NCBI GenBank assembly: GCA_002189035.1
Contig: NEEC01000009.1
Location: 2,294,001-2,358,000 of the forward strand
Direction of reading: 5' to 3'
Length of the DNA stretch: 64,000 bases
DNA from: Utricularia gibba
Taxonomy: Eukaryota > Plantae > Magnoliophyta
Of this stretch, positions 13,328 through 25,100 are shown piece by piece. The notes beneath the pieces are model-generated. The model saw only the letters and a list, made by a program, of their open reading frames with translations. It made no database searches and was not told the DNA's origin. The translations under genes were made by a program, and so were the position numbers. Position 1 is the stretch's first letter; every line of letters starts with the position of its first letter.

Positions 13328-16300
13328 CTATGTATAATTCACCTGGTGCTGGCTGGCTCTTGGGCTATCCCTGAGGACATGAAAGATTGCGTGCAAAGTG
13401 CAAGAATTGGAACCAGCCGGAGAAGCAGCGGAGAAGCTTACTTTGTACCGATCTCGCCATCCCAACCCAAAGGGGAGGATACTTGTCCTCTTCCCCGGAG
13501 ATTCGCTGCGTCCCGGACTGCACCAAGGAGTTGTTTTTGGTAGAAAATGTGGTTGTTTTGGGTAGAAGAGAATCACCCAGAATGCCTAACCTTGGAGAAG
13601 CTGAGGCTCTGCTTTGCCCGGAGTGATACTCCAGTGTTGCAGCCAGCATTGATTCTGCCATCACAGCTCTTTTCTCCATCTCAGCAACGGTACACATTGC
13701 TTTGTCATACTTACCCTGAGGTGGAGAATAGATGTACAAGAAGCATGTTTGTTTTCCTGAGAAGATTGAGAAAAGAGCAAGTTTCTTTCCTGTTAGTGGA
13801 GGAATACCTGAAGAATCTTCATCGCGCGTCTCAGAACCAAGGCATCGTGTCGTGTGATGACTTGATCTTCTTCAGTTGAGTTCTCTTCCTGCTCCTCTCT
13901 AAGCATAACCTGTAAGCAAGAATTTGTGACTTCTTGACCACCTCGATCACAATTTCCACTACAGCTCAGAGAGCTAAGGTGCACAAGTGGAACCTGAGGC
14001 ATATTATTCTCATCCTCGACTTTCTTTCCAGCCAGCGCTTGCCTCAAGTCTGCAACCTCCTTTCCCAATTTCTCAATCTGAGTGATAGAATTTCCAATGA
14101 AATTTGCAACACAAACTGTGGCTTATTTAAAAAGCACATGGATCACCGTCTTCTAAGTTGCTATAGCACAATCAATTACAATAACGCAGTTCCTGCATGA
14201 ACACAAGTAGGGGTTGAAGTTGTGAAGTACCCTGATATAGAGTTCCCTTCTGTTGTCTTCCTTAACCATCTCCAATAGTGCAGCTTCCAATTCTTCAGCC
14301 CTACAAGAGAAACACCATAATGAGAATGAAAATAGAGAAGATTGGAAGCAACACTTGTAGTTATGGAATAATCAACCTGAGCATTGCAGATCTCTTCTCT
14401 TCTAGCAGCCTACATAGTTCGGCCTTCAACCATATAACCTGGAGAAGATCAGATGAGATGATAGATGAAACCAATCTAAGTTTCTTTGGGGGTTATTACA
14501 AGTTAATATACTAATTGCTATTAGGTAGGAATCACTAAAACAGAAGAAAACTGTTCCACGTTGAACTGATAGAATTATACCTGTTCCTGAAGATCTGGGA
14601 GAGCGTCCACTTCGGAATCAAAACCTATTCCATTTAGAATATTATCCAACTCCTTAGAATGAGAATCTTGATTTGGCATTTCAACTCTGCCGGGCACTGC
14701 CTTGCTCTTGCTTTCTTTTACTGTTAATTCTGGGGCATGCTTGAAACTATACAACTTCGATGCAAGACGTTTTGGGTTTTTGTCAACAAGTCCTTCAGCT
14801 TTTTCATTTGATGCTGCTAGTATAGCTGGCCTATGCTTCTTCCTTATTTCTTGTAGTGTATCTTCATTTACTGTTAGGAAACCCATGGAAGCTGTCAAAA
14901 CAAGTTGGCTGCTGTCAAATGTGGAACCAGCAAGTGTTTGCAACAATGTTACTGCATCACCGGCATCCTTTGTAGCAACAACCGGGGGCCCTGCCAAGTT
15001 GCAATGTAAGCAAATATGGTTGATATGATGATGCTGAAAAATGTTCCCAACACAATACCGTATAGATCCATCAAAGTAAGGGCTGTTCGAAACAACATGA
15101 CACGATTCCCTTCAAATAGAAGCACATCCCAGACCCGAAGTACTGGAGTTCAGAAGGGGATCTTGTAACATTTGCAATTCAAAAAAGGGGATCCTGTAAC
15201 ATTTGCAGAAGGCTCACCACTTTCCCACGGAAGCATATTCACAAAGATTGTCAGAAACCAGGGGCTTGATATCCATGCCACCTCTACACCCAAGTGTTCA
15301 AAATGACTTACTGCAGGTAAAAATGTTAACAGCAGTAACTTCAGAAGATGAAGCACAATTACATAAAGAAAGGAGCATCAAATACAACACAAACCAAGTT
15401 TTGGAAACCTTTCACGAACCAAATCCTCAAAGACAAGCTGATCAACCTAATGCAGAGATGAAGCATTGTTTCTGGGTGGGGTAGAAGGAACATATTATTT
15501 TCAAGAAAACATAAAATCGAAGAACCCAACCTGTGACTCTATCATTTGTTCCGAAAAATAACCTTCAAAATAGTCATCTATAATGCCAACCAGTGTCCTG
15601 TAGATCGGTACAGCTTTTAGGAGTGAACGGGGCAAGGAAGCTCATGAAAAGTGGAATGGCGATTATCTCTATAATAGTAAATTCAGTTTGGATTGATCCC
15701 AAGGGTAATGTTGAGAGCTAAATTTGAAACATACCAAAATGCATTCTCCTCAGGCATCATCAAAAGTAATAAGCCAGCAAAAAAATTCATTGCCTGAAAG
15801 TACAGTGGGCATGAATGAACCCAAAAATGTTAATGATCGATAATGTGAAAAAAGAACTAACTTGCCTCAACTAATCAAAGTTCAAAAATTAAAAAAAAAA
15901 ATGGTAATTGTTGCAACAAGGCTGCGAGGCAAGAGTTGCCACCTGGCAGTATCCCACAGAAGGGTTATGGCGTGCATACGCTAAAAGTACACGCCTTAGT
16001 GAGTTTCTGCCTCTCTCATTTAACGCAGGATGTCCAGGAAAAGTTCGTGGTAGATCCTGCAGAAATCAATGAAAAAAATGAATGTCAAGCAGCAGGGAAA
16101 GGGAAAGGGCATCAGTGTTCATCAAATAAATGATGTAGACCATCAATCAGAGAGAGTGCGTTATGTAAACTAGTATGTGAAAAAAATATGGAAAGTATAG
16201 ATCAATCGACAACACCCTCTAGGATTTCCCATGGCTTGAAAATCCTCAAAGATAAAAAAAGGAGCTGATGACAGTGAGCTAGAGGCAATGTTGAAGGCCA

Positions 16301-17209
16301 TCCTACATTAACCCCAAAAGAAGCAGCACCTACAAAATGACCTTCTCAATCTGCTTTTTCAACTTCACAGGCAACTCACGCCTCTTCTGTTCATTTTGTT
16401 TCCCATTATCCTCTATGCCAATTTCCGTATCCAGCAGATCCTGGTAGTATCTTTCCACTCGACGAGTTTTAACTCCAACAAAGGCTTGCCAAACCTGCCT
16501 CATGATTTACACAGGTATCATTATTCAGGGACAAGAAATTTTAATCCTGTAAATGAACTAAAAGTGAGCTACTTAACCTCTCCTCGAAGATCCTTCGGTA
16601 CTCCACCTTGAACAAGAAACTCAAGCTCTTTCCTCAAATGAGCAAATGCATCTGTTGGCATTTTATCAGCTTCAATTGAAGAATTATTTTTATCATCCTT
16701 CAATGCATATTTTTTCTTCACTCGTACACCCATCATACAGTCAACTACACTAAGGGATCTTCTACTTTCACACCATGTGTGCAACTCCTCACAGCCCTTA
16801 TCCACCCCTCCAGTCACATTTGAAATTGTTGCAGCTTCTCCTAAAACATCTTCTAGGCATTTTTCCGTTAAATCAAGAAAACCACTCCATTTCTTCGATC
16901 TCTCTTCTTCTTCTTCCTGAAAATACATCCCTTGATTTGATCAAACCATAACCCGATATTCACATTTCCTTAATCAACACCAGAAATGGAGAAAGTAGAC
17001 CTTATAGATAGCGGCGTACTCGCGGTACCGGTGAATATGCTGAGGTCTCACAGCAAACCCGTAGGCGTCTCTGTAAAAACAGCAGCCGCCAGCCAGCCAT
17101 CATCAACAGGCACCTATCTGAAGGAGAATTAAAAAAAAAATCTAAAGGGAGCGAAATGTCACCTGGAATCATCGTGCAACGAACGCTTGCTCAACAACGA
17201 CAACAACAT
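13328..17209 (-). CDS. TBC-domain Rab GTPase-activating protein with C-terminal coiled coil, about 18 exons; both ends approximate
   Basis: RDAYGFAVRPQH, LVQGGVPKDLRGEVWQAFVG, QIEKDLPRTFPGHPAL, YARHNPSVGYCQAMNFFAGLLLLMMPEENAFW, LRVWDVLLFEGNR, PFGLGWRD. Confidence 0.92.
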
Positions 17210-17631
17210 ACTTCAGTCGACTTCCAATTTCACAACCCATATCTCCTCCTCCGCCTCCTCCACTGTTGGTCAGAAAATCCACCCACCGACTGATAACCTT
17301 TTTCCCACCATCCCCGAATCGAAAACTCCAAAACTGATTCCTATGCGTTGATTTCTCCATTGATTAACTAGCTCCCGCAAATTCCGAATCCACGGTGAAG
17401 AATAACCCATGCACAGCAACAATGCCGCCCCATTCGCCATGTGTCATCTCTCTTGTCTTCTCCGAACTTCCATGCACACTCGACCCGGTTAGAACCATGC
17501 ATCCCCCGTACAGTCGAGTTTCGTAAGTTTCGTCAATACATTTTAGGATATGATAAAAAAAGAAAAAATAAATTACAAAGTTCGCACCCCTCATTTTTCG
17601 TAATTCAAAATACCCCCCCCCCCCCCCCATC

Positions 17632-17704
17632 CACAAACTAGGAACACTTCAGCAAGGCTGCAAATGCTGAAGAAATTCAGTCACAAACTAGGAACACTTC
17701 AGCA
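17632..17704. repeat. Perfect 23-bp direct repeat with 50-bp period at the TRM stop codon
   Basis: CACAAACTAGGAACACTTCAGCA at 17632-17654 and 17682-17704. Confidence 0.9.
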
Positions 17705-20700
17705 CCTATAGAACTCAAATACAAACTGAGCCAATAAGTCATCTGTCAACAGGGACTCGATCTCGTTACCGATCATGTCTGTAACTCGATTGGAATCTCC
17801 CCATACCGTTTCCGGATCGAACCACAGCCTCTCAGGTAGCCATCCATCCACAGATTCTGTCCGGATCAACTTGGAAAGGGCATTCTCATCTTTATATGAA
17901 CAGGTTCCTGCTAGTCTTGGCTTGACCCAGGGACATGTATCAACTTGTTGCCGGAACCGATCCATGATTGCAATATTTATCCTGTCAAGTATAAGCATCC
18001 GCTCCGACCTCAACCTCGTTGTGCCCTCGTCGCCTTTCTCCTCAGTCTTATCAAGGAGAGATGGATTGCGATGGTAGTCAGGGTATGCCTCCAAAATGCA
18101 AGGATCTTATCCAAACCGGATTTGTCAACACTACATTGAGCCAACGCCTTGAGAGCAAATGGGCTTTCCCATTCATTGGCATTTGGTGACACGCCTCTGA
18201 GAACTTGGAACAAATTTCGGATTGAAGGGAAAGAGCAGGATGAACTTGGACAGCGGGGACTCTGCATGTCGACATGCATTGCAGCTCTTTCATGCAACTC
18301 TGCGCGGTGAGACAGTGCAAGTAGTGAGGAGAGGTAACAGCACCAAGATACAGTATTTTCAAAATGGAAGAATATAATGAAGATTCATTTGAGGAAATAG
18401 TGAGGCTAGCCAAAGGAAGAAGAGAAATCAATCCACTGGTGAGGTAAAGCAATCGGTTCCATGATAATGTAAACAGAAGCCAATAGCTTTTGAATTGATA
18501 AAGAATTATCACTTCCAGAAAAAAAGTATCAAATAAGATAATCCAAATAGATTTTGCACAAGAATATAAACTTCAGATTTCACAAGAGGTAGTTGCTCTA
18601 ACAAAACCGTGAATAAACTACTCAGAGTAATGAAAACCTATCAGGTTACTCATATCCAAACGTAACATGCCTCCCCTTAGAGATACGAGACAAGCCCTCA
18701 TGCAAGGCTAAAGAAGTGCAAATGAAATGTACCATGCATGTCAACAGTGGCATCAACATTCACAATTCCTGATGATGCAACTTCATTGAAAGGCGCCACA
18801 GAACCCAATATTAGATCAGAATCCTCAGTACCATTGGAGTTTTCAGATGAAGTCCTGCCTGTTTCACGAGACTGCAGCAAAGGAAAGGCAAATGATTAAA
18901 AACATCATTGCATGGTCAAAATCTTTGACATATCAAAGAAAACAATGCACGGCAATGTAAGTGAACATTCAAACCTGGATGCACGAATACTCTTTCTCAC
19001 AAGTCAATGCTATTTCTTTTTCTGAATCAGAGGTCAAGTTACAGTCATTTTGTACATCCCTCACACCAGACAGAAGATTTAAGTCAGTGATATCACTTGC
19101 TGGCATCTGCCTCATGCAAGGCTGTTCATTGAAGTCCTTAATACTGGCCTCCATTTTGAGCTCAAATTGAGCAGGTGCAACATCGAAGTGCCCACACTTA
19201 CGAGAAGCAGAGGAGCTTATCCCGGAGCCTGAAGAATACGGAAATGCATGCTTTTCTTTAAGAAATATGCTTTCACTCACATGCTTATCTCTGTCACAAA
19301 GCTGGAGCCTCGAAAGGACTCTGTGCTTATTTCTAAACAAAGCAATGCAAAAGACACCTTTTCTTTGACTCCTCCTGCCTCCTGAAATAGAAAACGACCT
19401 TGATCTGGACAAAATTCTGTGCTTTTTACCATCAGAGGAGCGCATGCCTGAAGCATCTGAGACGCTTCTATTGTATCCAACAAATTGATTTTCATGAGTA
19501 ATATAAAGCTTTGACCTGGAACTACAATGTTCGAAAATCACTCCTCCACCAAATTCCAGCTCACGAAATCTCTCAGTCACCTTCCACCTCTCCAAAACTG
19601 TTTTATTTATCATATTAGGAGCCCTAGCAGTTGAGCTAGAAGATGGATCCCTACACCATTTGCTACAACTTAATGGAGATGGGTGCATCTCTGATTCAAA
19701 TCTGAGTACGCCCGCACGACCACTGAATGAACGTAATACTTTTCGCTCATGTCCAAGTTTACCTTGGGGAGTCGACGAAGTAGAAGGGCATCTACAAACA
19801 TCACAGCTCATCTGCATTTTAAGAACACTCGAGTCAACTCCAGACTCACCATGGTACGACATTACACACACATCTCTTGTTCGCATTGTAGACCCACGAG
19901 CTATCCCACTCGCTTCAAGAGATTCAGACATCTGAAACCCCTCATTACACATCGAGGCTCTCCATCCCATTGGCGCCTTCCCCTCACCTTCCACACCTTT
20001 ATTTTCTTTGAGAAGATTAGGTTTGAGTACCACAAACCCAGTTGCAAGCTTGCCTTCCACATAATTCTTATGCATTTGACATTCCTCTGATCCATTAAAA
20101 GGATTTTCGGTATGGCAACAACCGAGTAGCAACTGATCTTTACGTCTTGGGAGAGGGCAGGTTTGATACTTCCCTGGAGATGTTTTGTCATTCACTATAG
20201 AATTACGGGGCTTCAAGACTGGTCTGGTACTAACAGGATCAACTTTTACATCTAAAAAGTGACCATCAATCAAGGATGTGGGCGAGATTCGAGAGTTGTC
20301 ATCCTCAGAAAGATGTACCCCATCTGCATTTGTCAGAAGATTAGGCAGTCCAGACTTAGAAGAACATGAACTATCCGCCCACTTAGAAGAAACCCTGCCT
20401 ACAGAAGTACAAGATGCCTCCAAATCTTCGGACACATGACGGGATTCTCGTGGGTAGGTAGAGCTTCTGCATGGGCACTGTCCGTCATTTTTGGCTCTGT
20501 TGGATTCATTGCTAATTGCAATGTTTACCCTTTCACCGCTCTTTGATGCCCTCTTACTTTCTCGACGTACATTCCGAAAGATTCGTAATCCTTCAAGATT
20601 CTTTAATCTGGAGACAACACTGGGAACGATTTCCGTCGATTCGATTTCGCGATACAGTTTTTTTCCTTGCAACTTCGCTGGCCGTGTTCCAATTGTTCTT

Positions 20701-21913
20701 CCAGTCGAACTCAACTCCAACACCTGCTTCAGGCATATCAACGGCTACAACTAGAACAATGAATATATACGAACCAACCCGAAAAAAATAAAACCTCTTC
20801 TTCGGCAATGCCTCCATCATAATCAAAGCAACGACCCCAAAGGAATCCAGCGAAAGCTTTATGCCTTTTAATCTGTTCAATACCTGTGAACAAAATCCGA
20901 AACCGAAAGCCTCAAGATAGGTTTACGAGGCCGGCTTGACCCCCAAAGCAATACATTCGCTACCCAAAACTCCAATAAATCTACTCATCAATCGGAAACC
21001 CACGCCTTTTCGTTACTGTGTGCTGAGAGATGCATCTCCTCCGAGGAACAAAAAACGAAAAATTGAAAACCCATCGGAAACCCACACAGACCAAGAAGAA
21101 TATTGAACAAGCCCCACAAAAAATCTTCTAGAAAAGGCCCAATAAAATCTTCAAAAAAATTTGCCGCTCAACTCTTTATCGCTATTATTGTCATTATAGT
21201 TATTTCAGCAATTTTTGTTTAAATAATATGCACACAAATGCGCAAAGAAACACACATTAAAAAAATGCCATTAAAATAAACAGGACACAAAACGAGGTGA
21301 ATAATAAACACACGAGAGCAGAATCTTGGTTTATTCTTTTTCTTTTTGTTCTTGATAAAATTAAAAGGGGAAACAATTCAAAAAGAATGAGTGGTTACAC
21401 GGTAGTTCATTTGTGTTTGGCTTTTTAGAAGTTGGGCAATGCACACACATCGACCCAACGACCAACCGCCCCAGGAGAGTTATTACAATAAATGGTGCGT
21501 TTTTAACATTTAAAAAGTAGTTGTAGTAAAGGACGGATAACTTCTTTGTCTCTTCTAACCGTTTGTTAAACACCTCTATTAAAAAAATACATGTTTCTTA
21601 ATTTTAACAAAAAGCTAAATTCTATTTTATTAGAAAATACTTTTCTAAAAGGATAATTAAATATTGCAGCCCTACTTATTCTTTTTTTTCAACATTGAGA
21701 AATAATATTAAATACTTTTATTAAAATGATGGGGAAAAGGTAGACTAAGAAAATCGCGAGGCTGTTGGAATAGTAAATACAATAAGCACAGCATTTTAGG
21801 AAATCAACGGGAACGCCCAGAAGTGAAAAGGTCATCAAAGAAAAGGGGAAAAGCCATCTCTAACCTCGAATGCCGTTATCGTCTGGCGACTTCTCCTGTG
21901 GAGCTCCAGTCAT
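17699..21913 (-). CDS. TRM/LONGIFOLIA-like protein (DUF3741/VARLMGL plus C-terminal DUF4378), with one apparent 1-nt frameshift near 18082
   Basis: Phase-compatible exon chain: 21913-21865 (MTGAPQEKSPDDNGIR), 20883-20795, the 590-codon ORF from about 20723 with SVVSRLKNLEGL, an exon near 18880-18735, and a last exon with EWES..RSERMLILDRIN..IGNEIESLLTDDLL. Two 5'-UTR introns are predicted (22504-22274 and 22177-21919). Confidence 0.78.
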
Positions 21914-22755
21914 GTCCCCTGTTTCCCCGAGATACTCGTGAGAAACGAAATACCATGAATACGGAAAAAAGCGGAAGCGTATGCAGATTAGTGAATTTTG
22001 AGTACCGTTACACGAATTCTCCAAAATCATCAGCAGTAGAAGCGTGAAAATCGCCGAACATCGAAACTGGATCAGATCGTCAACAAAAATGTTCTTCGAC
22101 TCCCATAGAAATTATCAAATAACAAGTAACCCAAAACCGCAAGGATCAGGAACCGGTCCCAACCAAAAGGTGAGTACCTTTCTTCGATTTTAACGAAAAT
22201 CATCAAAATGAGGAGCAGGAGAACCGCGAGCACAGCGGAATCGGAAATCCAAAACTCCTATCAGGTGCCGATCCTACACACAAGGCATCGATTGGGTATC
22301 AGGTATCCGAAATGCCGCTGAAAACGCAAGGAATTCCTGCTTTCCACATGCAAAGTTCACTTCCGGCGATTGCGAAACAGAATTCAAAAATCCTGCTAAT
22401 AAGTAGCAGATTACACAGACATACAGCGAAAAATGCCAGAAAGCATCTGCGACTTCGCGAAGAGAAAACCGACCATCGAAAACCGAGGAAAACTTTGTCG
22501 ACACCTGTGCGAGGGATGGACACGGGAATCAGTGCACCAGGCACCGAGAGGGAGAAGAAATACGAGCTAATTTCAAAATAACCGACTCTTCAATTTTGAA
22601 AATCATGCATCTTAATAAAAATATTTTCAAAATAACATATTCTTCAGCATTACTATTTAAAATCCATTTTTTTAAAAAATAGATTTTCGTAGCTTAAAAA
22701 TTTTTAAACTAGATTTGTCTCAAATTAGTAAATCTTCTCATTGTTGGATTTTTTT

Positions 22756-23223
22756 TTAAAAAAAATGTATTTTTATTTCACATGTAGCGAATTTATGCAC
22801 TACCAACCCCTTTCTGCTACGCATGAGTTGACATATTTGTGGAAGCTTGGAGGCCATGGTCCCTGCCCCTGAGACTTGGAATGAATGTTGCCGTGGCGCC
22901 GCTCTCTCGCTCCTGTGGGGAGTATGAAGCCACGCCAGCTCTGGAAGAGAAGAAGACCAGGACTCAGAATCCATCTCACACTTAGTCCATTGGCGTACGG
23001 GTTCGGGCCTGTAGGCGGACGGCCCATGGAGATAGCGGGATGTCATCATCATCCTCCTCCTCCTCATCCTCCGCTTACTACGCCTTATCGGAATCCATCC
23101 GACGCGCCCTTCGAAACTACCGGTTGAATCCGCGAGGATGAGGTCGCGAACCGGGGCTGGATTGAGGACCAGCGGCACGAAGATGATCCGACCCGCCACG
23201 TCGCCGGAGGCGGGAGGGCGCAT
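22756..23223 (-). CDS. Unassigned 155-aa ORF; may not be the true reading frame
   Basis: GC-rich island with a TATA-like CTTATAAG near 23278-23285, a CT-rich leader and aaaATG context. No family motif recognised. Confidence 0.3.
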   Translation of the reverse strand: MRPPASGDVAGRIIFVPLVLNPAPVRDLILADSTGSFEGRVGWIPIRRSKRRMRRRRMMMTSRYLHGPSAYRPEPVRQWTKCEMDSESWSSSLPELAWLHTPHRSERAAPRQHSFQVSGAGTMASKLPQICQLMRSRKGLVVHKFATCEIKIHFF

Positions 23224-24113
23224 TTTGGGAGCGCCTGAGAGAGAGACGGAAGTTCGCCGGAGCGGTTGTTAAAAGGTCTTATAAGGGACGACAGGTGGCA
23301 CTCGAGACGTGCAGGATCCGAATTCTTGCATGTGAACACGTCTGAGGGTTGGCGGATGTTGGGCTCTAATTAGTAACCAGTAAAAATTGTATCCATGAGC
23401 CCGGTTCCGGAAAGAGTGCCGTCGGTTCTCGTTTCGGGTCTCCATTAAAATCCGGAATTGGAACGAATTTTAACATAAAATAATTATTCGTAATAACATT
23501 TAATATAAAATCATATCCTTTATTAATTTATCATGTGGGCCCCACTCAATTGCAAAAACCAAAGGCCGAGTTGTTGGGTGGGCCCGACTTAAAGTCCGAT
23601 TGACAACATGGATCCTTACCCATTCCTTGTACTTGTTGATCAGTCTTCGCCATGTGCTTTTTATTAAAAAAATCGGTACTACAAAAGATTTGTTCAATGA
23701 GAAATTCCCCAAGAAACAAAAGTATTATTATGATTTTTAAAAAACTATTTAAATATCATTTAATTTAATTTTTTTTACTCTATTCATAATTGATGTCATG
23801 AGAGATGCGGGTGAATGGTAATGAATAGAAATGGGAGTTGTGGGGTTTGTAATGCAACTCTCCTGCCACGCCAAATGTTACGCATCCATGTCATGACACA
23901 TTTGAAATTCATGGCATGATGGACTTTATTACAGTCCGTACAGAATAATGGCATACTTGGTGATGTAAGAAACAATTTGTTTATTGATTACGTGTTTCCT
24001 GATTTTCCTGGAGCACGCCTCAACCGTCTGAGGGGGCTTCACCTTTTTCCGTTTATAAAAAAACCCAAGGGTCCCTTGTCTGTTTCACTCCACCAAGTTC
24101 CCGATCGCCGAAA

Positions 24114-24326
24114 ATGTCGAACAACAGCACTGCCCGCCACCGCCGCCGCCTCTCGCAGACCTTCTTCGACTTGCCGGAAGATCTCTCCGTGCCTCCTCCT
24201 GAAGCAAGTGCGGGTCCCCCGCCGCCCGCCAGAACTCCGCTTCCGCCGCCTAATAAAACCACTCCTCAGCCGCCGGGGAAGAAAGACGAGGGAATGCCGC
24301 TTCCCCGCCGCCCTGCCGGAGCCTGA
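24114..24326 (+). CDS. Small uncharacterised Pro-rich protein (70 aa)
   Basis: MSNNSTARHRRRLSQTFFDLPEDLSVPPP... TATAAAA near 24054-24060, aaaATG context, GC-rich island in AT-rich flanks. Confidence 0.6.
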   Translation: MSNNSTARHRRRLSQTFFDLPEDLSVPPPEASAGPPPPARTPLPPPNKTTPQPPGKKDEGMPLPRRPAGA

Positions 24327-25100
24327 TCTATGATTCCGCCGCCTTGGAGGTGAAATAATCTAGGTTTATAATATGGAATTCCTCGGTTTTACCCCTACAG
24401 CAATGGCGCGATATTTCCAATAAAAAATTCAGTTTTCTGCGTCTTCCGGCGACTGACCGGTTCTCTATCTATGTGTATGTGTGTGTGTGTTAGATCCTCT
24501 CCGGCTCGGAGCTTCCTCCCCCTTTTCCCGTTTCTTCTCGGGAAGAAGCTCTGTTATCTTGTTTGTTTAATCTCAGCCGTTGTTTGCTCCTCGTCCTCTT
24601 GTGCATTTAATAAACAATATAAAAAATCATTTTCTACCGAATTTCCTTTTAACGGTCAAAACCAAACCCTAATCTCATGAGATTGTGGAATCAAAATATC
24701 ATGGCTTTCTCATATTTTAGTTACAACGTCAACATTCATTCCATCAACCTCCTATGTCACTCCTCATTAATAAAAAATCTTATATCGAAAAATTTAAAGT
24801 AAATTATTAACAATAAATTGCATCTAATCTTTTTAAACATAATTTATATTTATTGTGTATTCAAATTTTATATACATGTTTTTTCAATTTATGGTATTCT
24901 TAATTTCAACATATTGAATGAATGTCTACTAATAATAAAGGGGCATTTTAATTTATCCTATTAATAATTTCAATTCATCAAATCAAATATAATATAAAAT
25001 TATTACAAAAACATGTGTTCATAGATGATTGGTTGATTTCCTAGAAAGTGACTAAACTACTGAAAATGATTCATGTTTTTTTAGTACAAATGGATCCGTG

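Noticed and set aside
17641-17654. CTGAAGTGTT on the - strand equals the first 10 nt of miR395
   Set aside because: The remaining bases do not match and there is no fold-back; the duplicated copies are direct, not inverted.
17632-17704. CRISPR-like repeat-spacer-repeat
   Set aside because: Eukaryotic locus, only two repeats and no cas genes; it is a local duplication.
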